This document shows, in pieces, positions 55,446-64,000 of a DNA stretch of 64,000 nucleotides. Within the stretch, counting starts at the first letter, position 1; each line of letters begins with the position of its first letter. Source of the stretch: Octopus sinensis (lineage: Eukaryota); contig NC_043004.1 of assembly GCF_006345805.1 (NCBI RefSeq), positions 47,554,001 through 47,618,000 of the forward strand. Direction: 5' to 3'. A program made the position numbers and the translations under genes. The notes below the pieces were generated by a model, which worked only from the letters and a program-made list of their open reading frames with translations, was not told where the DNA came from and searched no databases.

Positions 55446-56200
55446 TAAAATAATTAAAGATTAATCTCTCTGGTTAAATAAATTTGAAAAGTTGTAGTCA
55501 TTTTACCCTATACTCTAGATTTTCGTCCGAGTATTTGTCCTTCAGACTGCAAAATGGAATTTTAATAAAGCAATACATAATGCTGTCACAATTATACTTC
55601 CAAATTCTTCTATTGCTGGTTGGCTGTTTTGTTTTGAATATATTTTGAAGCTCCAACCTAGAATTTTCTAAAGGTGAAAGAGAGGCAAGTTGGAAAGCAG
55701 CTATTGTTATAGAATTTCGGAATCTAGCATGTTTTGCAAGGTCCATCAACAATGTGGTATAAAGGTTTTAGAAATGGTTTGAGATCATCTTAAACATATA
55801 TTCATTCAAAATGATATAGAAATTTCATAGGCGGAATATCAAAAAATATATATTTATCTTAATTCTTGTTGACGGCTTTTTTTGTGAAGTATAGTTCCAT
55901 TATCTTTCCGAACTTTAAACATTCCTTCACACATTTCCTTTTTTCAAGCACTTAATTTTGATGAGAACTTCTTTATGAAGTGTAGCTCCATTGCTTTTTG
56001 GAAGTTTGGGTCGACCCAAAACAGCGAACCAGAAATAGATAAATTTGGAAATATAATTGATAGCGTTGTGTATTCCTTTTTTAAAATTCCATTTTTCAGT
56101 CTGAAGGACAAATACTTGGACGAAAATCTAGATCAGTGGCTAAAATGACCAAAACTTTCCAAATTTATTTAACCGCAGAGATGAAGTTTTAACTATCTTA
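55446..56200. mobile_element. Foldback 4: about 185-bp diverged arms (55446-55631 and 56017-56200) with a degenerate hammerhead-like motif
   Basis: Arms align as reverse complements with moderate divergence. Both contain CTGAAGGACAAATACT(T/C)GGACGAAAATCTAGA. Confidence 0.7.
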
Positions 56201-56808
56201 ATTATTTTTTTTTTAATCGTGTGTATGTGTGGTGTGTATATGTTAGTGTGTGGGTGTGGGTGTGTGAGTATGTGCGTGTGCGTATATATATATAATTGAT
56301 GTGTGAGTGTACAGTGAACTACAAAATTAATCTTTCGAGATCATCTAGAATTTCAATCTAAAAGTTGACCATATCCGTGCAACTATTCTTTAACGAATAC
56401 AAAAGAAAAAGAGCTGGAAATGCAATTATAATTTTTACTGAAGGAAGTCAAAAGCAACATCTAGTTGTTCTCTTAGAAGCTTGATCAATTCAAATGAACA
56501 ATTATTTTCCCCTCCTCACCTTAAAAGACTAGTATGTACTATACAAACAAGTCTGACCATACCAATACAAAAGCCACGCCTTTTACCTCCCTCTCCTTCT
56601 TAAAAAAAATGTACTTCTTTATTCGACCTGGTTTGGCAAACATCCACACAAATGTTATAAATAAAAAGGCCAAGAAATCTAACTTTAAACCACTTTTTGA
56701 TAAATGTGATAAGGGAAGAAAGCGCTAAAAGTGTAGATAAAAAATATAAAATCATCCAACATTCTCACTACATTACTATTCCAAATTTACAATATATGTA
56801 CATCACTT

Positions 56809-56860
<52 letters not shown>

Positions 56861-56866
56861 TCTCTG

Positions 56867-56946
<80 letters not shown>

Positions 56947-59188
56947 TAAAGACCCTGGTTGAATAGAAGGATAGTAACTTTCCCAAAGAAGCACTCAATC
57001 CGAGCCCCGGGCTGTCAACGCTGTCAGATTCAAGGTCAATGCGGAATTACTTCAGGTGTAGAAAATCCTGGTTTCGCGATGGTAAAACCGTTTTGTGGGT
57101 TTACAGAAGAGTAAAATATAATCCAAACAAAAAGACAACGAGACGTAAACACATTTTTAATTTTCAGTTACAATTCTTTCTGTACAAATTCTGCATTCAA
57201 AACCAGGTCAAGCAAAAGTTCGAATGAAAATCTACTTCATTTTTGCGTGATAGCCAAAACTACTGACTTTTTTGCCCGAAAATACTGACCTTTGAAGTTT
57301 GTCTTTTAGATATTTACTAAGATAACTAATTGCACCAAAACTTTATTGGCATGAATGCTAATTTATAATTAAGCTAATGTTACTACAGATTTTGAAGTAC
57401 TTGTCTATAAGTATTCTTCTCACTAATTTTGAAAGAGTGATTCACATCTGTGTGGCATGAATCTGCATGGTTATACATTATTCCCTTTTTCAATCCCAAA
57501 TAACTATATTTGCACATGGCAAAGGTTTTCAGGAGAATACTCTATCAATATTACTTATGTTGATATGTACACATACAACGGCAAATGCATTGTATTTTTG
57601 TGGGGGTTTTTTATGCATTTATCTTAGAGTAATCTTTTCCATTGACAGCAACATACAACAATGTAATGGCAATTTGAGACACATGCTACGTCGACTTTTA
57701 CCATTGACTCTTGGGAGTTTAATGCCTTAACTCTCTCCTTCGTTCATTAGATATTTTACCTTCTTCTGCTCTTGATTTGCTAATGCGTAAGCCAAAACAT
57801 GTAACTGAACGTGACAGTCGCTGTTCAACGTGAAGCTACTCTTCGTGTTAATATTATCCTCCTCCTCACGTTTGTGCGAAATAAACCGACGTATAAATGT
57901 TTGTGGCAAACGGTGTTTCTTTTAGAGGTCTTTTCTGAAGTGTGCTACGCATACTCGTCGACTTTCTCATGAGACGACACTAGGATTACTTCTCGAGGAT
58001 TTTACTTGCGATCCATAGGACGCAATAAACTTCATTTGTTTGCATGTGTAAATAAATACGTAAATAAATACGTTTGAATCAATTATAGTGGGTACCACTG
58101 TTTCAATCGCTGTTGGCAATTGATATCAGAATCTTGTGAGATCGATGTCCATGGAGCGGATTGTGTTTGCATGTGTATGTGTGCATATATGGATTGATGG
58201 ATCGATCGATGGATCGATCGATTAATAGCTGTGCGCACGCTTTTCTATACACGTTTGCATGTATTTGTTTGAATGTATATAATGTCGTTTCTTTATTTGC
58301 TTTTGTTCTGAAATACTTGGAAGATTTCAATACCCTATCCTATGCGTATAATTTATACATATAGCAAAAGAAAACTAAAGGATTTTTCAAACCAGTCATT
58401 TGTACGGTAGGTTGGATGGAGAAGCAGGTAACAACAGAATGTTCGAAAGATAACATAATGTAATAGGCTACAAATTGCAAGGAGCATTCGTTCAGGTGCC
58501 GATACATATATTGTAAATTCTTTCTATAATAATAGAAAACTTAATCTAATATTAGATTTTTTTTATCATAACCCTCAACTCACTTTGTCTCTTTAAGCAA
58601 TTCTATCCAAACGTGAATCACACTTAATGAGATATTTTAGAAATCTGCTTTGTTAAATTTCCATGTCACCGGGACATATATTATCATTTAGAAATTACAG
58701 TCCATTTGGCAGAATAGCCTTTATCCATTCAGTAGAATTATATAGTGGGAACTTGCAAGGGTTTAATGACTATACAATGATTGTAATCAATTTTTATATG
58801 CATTATGCCGTGTCATTTGTCGAATAAACTTGGCTGTAATAAATCTTCTTAATAGGGATTAAATGACCTTAGGCCTACACTGTTTTGTCAATTGTTCCAA
58901 GAGATCCAAATAGCAATTATCATGGGCCCCATATTCTGGAAGAAATAATTTACATGTTTCACTAATCAATATATAAGTGATCCTCGAAACACACTAAAAC
59001 CTCATATATATTTAATTACAATTCATGAATATTTAATGAGTTACATAGAAAAATTGTTACAGCCTCTATATATGTGTATGTGCACGTGTGCGTGTGCATG
59101 TATGTATTTGTTTATATGTGTATTATTATTCTCCTTCTTCTTCTTTCTTCTTCTTATCATTATTATTACTATTATTATTATTATTATT

Positions 59189-59598
59189 AAGGCGGCGAGC
59201 TAGCAGAATCGTTAGCACGTCGGGCGAAATGCTTAGCGGTATTTCGGCTGCCGTTACGTTGTGAGTTCAAATTCCGCCGAGGTCGACTTTGCCTTTCATC
59301 CTTTCGGGGTCGATAAATTAAGTACCAGTTAAGCACTGGGGTCGATATAATCGACTTAATACCTATGTCTGTCCATGTTTGTCTCCTCTATGTTTAGCCC
59401 CTTGTGGGTAATAAAGAAATAGGTATTTCGCCCGTTGGTATTCTCTGAGTTCAAATTCCGCCGAGCCGAGGTCGACTTTATCTTTCATCCCTTTCGGAGT
59501 CGATAAAATAAGTACCCGTTAAATATTAAGGACGATGTAATCAACTTATTCCCTGCCCACCAAAAATTGCTGCCCTTAAGGCAAAATTCGAAACCATT
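59189..59598 (+). mobile_element. Family B SINE followed by a second head-less monomer
   Basis: Full monomer 59189-59421, then GTATTTCG...GAGTTCAAATTCCGCCGAG...CTTTCATCC...GTCGATAAAATAAGTACC repeated. Confidence 0.85.
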
Positions 59599-59661
59599 AG
59601 TAGTAGTGGTGGTGGTAGTAATGGTAGTAGTAGTAGTAGTAGCAGCAGCAGCACCAGCAGC

Positions 59662-59702
<41 letters not shown>

Positions 59703-59762
59703 CAGTAGTAGTAGTAATAGTAGTAGTAGTAGTAGTAGTAGGAGGAGGAGGAGGAGAAAGGA

Positions 59763-59802
<40 letters not shown>

Positions 59803-59805
59803 AAA
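59597..59805. repeat. (TAG)n and (GAAA)n microsatellites
   Basis: Direct reading. Confidence 0.95.
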
Positions 59806-60243
59806 GAATGCATACACACAGATACATATCTACATATATATAGAGCATGTGCTGATTAAATGATTGAATATTATTGTTATTATGATTTTTGTTGTTATAA
59901 TGATAATGATAATTATTATTATTGTCGCCATAAATTTTGGTACACTGTAAATTTATGACTAATTCAATTGTTTCAAAATGCTATATACTGTATTTTGTTG
60001 GTTAATTCGTTTTGCAGGCCAGCTGCTCATTGTTTGTGGGGTGGGGTGATGAGGTTCATCAACCAAAGCCCCATTTTGGGGTTGATACAAAACTTTTTGT
60101 TTTCGAATTTCTTCCAAATTTGCTTCGAAGAACGTAAATTTTGCAGATGGCAACGAAAAGCTGGAATGAGGAAGGAAGCTGTTAAGGTAATTTGCACGAG
60201 GACTTCCCAGTCTTTCCTACAAAGACAGCAGCAAGAAATGAAA

Positions 60244-60348
60244 GAAAGAAGAAGAAGAAGAAGAAGAAGAAGAAGAAGAAGAAGAAGAAGAAGAAGAAGA
60301 AGAAGAAGAAGAAGAAGAAGAAGAAGAAGAAGAAGAAGAAGAAGAAGA
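60244..60348. repeat. Pure (GAA)n
   Basis: Direct reading. Confidence 0.95.
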
Positions 60349-61089
60349 ATTGAAGAGTAAAAAAAAGATTATGAAAAGGTGAAAAGAAGGCGAGAAGAAG
60401 GAAGAAGTAGAGCCTTCCTCACTACAGGGAAATTGTAATAGCACGAACAACATTGACAACAATTACGAAGAGTGCAACAAAAATGGAGTAAGGGGCGGAA
60501 AGAGAATTTTGCAAATATCCCGGCAGCTGACGAATTGGTTAACATCTCATTGGAGAACAAAATAGAAAAACTAAACAAGGAAGCAAAATATCTGAAAATG
60601 AATGGAAGGAGGGGAGAACTGACGCCTTGAAGCGACGTGCTTCAAGCAATAGCGAAATGGACAGTTGTCTACAGGTACGTGAGCACAAAGACAAGGATAC
60701 ACGAAAACGCTAAACGCGACTAGGTGTAAAACAAACCTTAAAACGATATCCATCAAATTGCGAGAGCGAGGCAGTACGGCGTAATAGAGGACCTTTTTAA
60801 GACCGAGGCGATACAGAGTTCGGCGGCTATGCGTCGCACCGAGTAAGTCGCCCTCTTTCCAGCGTGCATGGAAAGAAAGGCAGTATGAATTACAATATCT
60901 AAAGACCCACCAGGCCAGAACGCATGGTGGATTCTCGCCTGTAATCGTACAGATGTTGGTGAGAATCTCCTGGAAGTTAAAAGATAGAGGCGAGAGAATT
61001 GAGTTGGGACTGCTAAGGAGGTTCTTTTCCACGTGACGCCAGAGCAGTTAGAGTAAGTCCCAGACCTAATTTCTCTCTCGGATAGAGAA

Positions 61090-61268
61090 GGTATAGTGTC
61101 TTTAAGACCATTACGGTCTATAGGGAAAAAATTATCCGTGCGTGAAACAAAAAGGAAAGGACCTTCATACGGCGCTGCTAACGGAGATTTAACAACATCG
61201 TTGCGCGCAAAATGTGAGTCAAAGAAGTAAAGGTTCCTTCGAGGCGGAGCTAGAAATGCAGTTGTCAA
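61090..61268 (-). mobile_element. Gypsy/Ty3 integrase C-terminal (GPY/F) fragment
   Basis: RNDVVKSPLAAPYEGPFLFVSRTDNFFPIDRNGLKDTI matches the pattern of the Gypsy integrase GPY/F region. Confidence 0.7.
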
Positions 61269-61624
61269 GTAGGTAAGAGGTTTTAAACAGGGGCGATATA
61301 TTCAAAATTAGTAAAACTAAAAATTTTAAAGGATCAAATAAAATTATTGCTGTCACTGAATATGTAGAGTGTTATTTGAATTTCTGAAAGGTTTTGTTGC
61401 CGTTTGTTAATGCAGTTTGATTTCTTTATTCATCAGTTTCTACTAAGAGTGAGACGCGAGTAAAATTAATAATAGTGAAACGAAAGCAAAACTTTGGAAA
61501 CAGCAACGCCGCCATAACTTATGTGGAAACCATGAGCGTGCTTTCAAGGGAGATAATCAGAGAAAGACTTTACAATGAATGTAGGATCGTAATACTTCAT
61601 GTGAAGTATAGTAAATATAAGAAA

Positions 61625-61807
61625 TGATCTAGAATCCTTGCCGGGTACCGGATCGATCCGATAATCTATTCAGTTCGTGCCAGTTACGAGACCAAATATC
61701 TATGGCAATTTCATCCGAATCCTTCAAGCGGTTCTTAAGATATCTTGCCCACGGGAAAAAAACCATTGAAAACAATACTTCCGCATTAGCGATGGCGGAG
61801 GTAATAA
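61625..61807 (-). mobile_element. Helentron-associated (HINE-like) element, partial
   Basis: Minus strand begins ATTACCTCCGCC...GGAAGTATTGTTTTC and includes a GGATCGATCCGG palindrome typical of this class. Confidence 0.6.
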
Positions 61808-62599
61808 TAATTTCATGGCTTGTGATCTTAACTGATTGGAATTGGTAAGTTGTGCATTGTTTTGTTATAGTATAAAAGATGGGCTAGTAATTGCAAATCA
61901 TATTGACCAAAGAGGTATCCTTAGCTTTAAAAAAATATTAGGAACTAGAATTTGTTTGAATTGACTGAGAACCAAATAGTTTACAAAAATATGTTAGAAT
62001 TAGTTGCTAGATACATATACTACCACGTTTGTTCTTGATAGCACAAAGATTCTAAACTCTGAGAGTATAATCATGATGGCCCTTATTATCATTTCGCGAC
62101 CAACAACGGACGGAAAATCTAACACAGATACATGGACATATGGAACAATCTTATCAGGATCATGGAGAATGCTTCATAGAGACATATGGTCTAAGGTCAC
62201 ATACTCATTAACAAAATTGAAAACATTTGAAAGAAACAGAAATCTAAGCTAAGAATAAATGTAAGATGTTAAATGTAGTATGCGCAAAGGAATTCCGTAC
62301 AGAAATACAGAATGTGGAAATCAATAGTACTCTTATAAAAACAAGAGATATTCAAATAATAAAATCTTGAGATTAAAAGAAAAAATTAGCATTGTATAGG
62401 AAGTGTAGACACGTTCACAAAAAATGTATGGCTGGTTTGCAATGCGCTACACTTAATGCAAATTAAACTATAGATACCTAATAAAATAAGCTATTATGAT
62501 GGTAGAGTTTTAGTACTTAATAAAGTAATGCGAGAGTAAGAAAACATATTCCAGATGAATAGTTGGATTAGGTAGTTCCCCAGGTTTGTGGTCCAACCC

Positions 62600-63240
62600 A
62601 TCATCATCATTGTTCGACCGTGGTCGAGACAATGTAATTTACCATGCTACGCCAGTCTTCACGGTCCATCATAGCATTACAGAGGCCATGTTGCTAGATG
62701 ACTGTATCCCAGGTGTTTACATCAGGGTAGGAGAGTGTGCGCCCTCTGGTATTGCGAGTAGATGGCTTCCAGAGGAGAAGAGTAGAAATTGCCTCGTTTT
62801 CAGCTCTACAACAATATCCAGCAAACTGGACTCTCCTACCTTTCACAAGAGATGACACAGGTGGTAGTTTCCATACACCTGCATTCTGGTTGGATGACGC
62901 TTCCACGATAGACCCTGAGCTCCCACAAGGGGGCGAGTGTAGGATCCATCCAACCGCCACCCAAGCGTCTTTGATAACATCCAGGCTTCTGAGCCACACG
63001 GTAGAATTGGTTCGACTGTGACTTTGAAGATTTTAAGTTTGAAGTCTCTACTTAGATTTGATGACCAGATATTATGCATATCATTACAGGCTGACCAGGC
63101 CATACCCCTTCCAGTTAGAAAATCTTTTCCAGATGATGATATGTATGACCCAAGGTATTTGTAATCAGAAACCAAGCTGTTGAGATTCATGCCGTTGATA
63201 TTGACTTTCGATTTCAGTGGGTTGATATAAGGCGGAAAAA
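62600..63240 (-). mobile_element. 5'-truncated RTE-clade LINE
   Basis: DYKYLGSYISSSGKDF...AWSACNDMHNIW...LPPVSSLVKGRRVQFAG and an (ATG)n tail. Same family as 8905-9473. Confidence 0.88.
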
Positions 63241-64000
63241 ATCTGGACGGTGGGAGAATTATCGAAGGTAGCTACAAGGAATGATTGGGTATATATTGTG
63301 ACTCTAAAAACTAAGATACCAAAGTTATGTGTGAAGTGTGAAGACGGCTGCAAATGACGGACTTGAGGATAAACTTCGAGATATTGGAGCTAACAGGTAG
63401 TTGATAAGTCTAACACAGTCATTTGAAGGGGAGCAGAAAAGGAACAAAAAATAGCATACTTGCTTGTCACTGGTTTAATGCATAGTTAAGTGAATTTTGT
63501 CGGACAGCCAATTTTTTATGAGAATTTAAAGAACTGTTGTAGTTGCTGTGGCTGTTTGTTCAGTGGCTTGCGTATGATTTTCAGAACATTACATGAGCTA
63601 CTATATTCTTTCAAATAATATTACACTTATTTTTCGAAATCAAAGAATAAAAACTTTAAATTATTTATTTTAGACGCGGGCTCATGGTGTCGAATTGAAT
63701 TTTATGAAACTTATCGCTTTCTATGGTTCTAGTGCAAATTAAAGCTTTCATAAACTAAGGTTTCTAGTCTTGCCACCGAGTATTACGTTTACGTAACAAA
63801 ATTGGTTGCCGCACATAGTTTCAGTAATGGTTACTCACTCTCTCCTCAGAACAGTGATTAATAGTAAGTATATTTATTGCGCTTCTTCAGAGGCACATAT
63901 ATTATTCCTCTTAATTGCCATATATATAAATTTATCTGTGTGTATACAAACATACATACACACGCACACACACAAACACTTACGTACACAAACGCACACA

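Overview
AT-rich, microsatellite-dense eukaryotic DNA. It is most likely a coleoid cephalopod such as Octopus (inferred from the tRNA-derived SINE families and repeat landscape; not checked by a database search). The only convincing host coding sequence is the start of a GC3-rich minus-strand ORF running off the left edge (ATG at 106). The rest is intron-like or intergenic sequence filled with tRNA-SINEs, two decayed Tc1 elements, two 5'-truncated RTE-type LINEs, a Gypsy integrase scrap, Helentron-associated/DINE-like elements, MITEs and several decayed Penelope-like element (PLE) GIY-YIG/RT remnants. The main result is about 20 type I hammerhead ribozyme (HHR)-like motifs, found by eye, from several unrelated repeat families. 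Several sit just 3' of PLE endonuclease remnants. Eight sit in the arms of four long foldback (inverted-repeat) elements, three of which are adjacent at 46.2-48.1 kb. The motifs show compensatory changes in stems I-III, and the tertiary 3:8 core pair occurs as C:G, G:C and U:A. A full-length U6 snRNA retrocopy fused to a SINE/LINE-type 3' tail lies at 28656-28824. Long degenerate (TA)n tracts and homopolymer differences between repeat arms suggest residual long-read error, so single-base lesions need confirmation.
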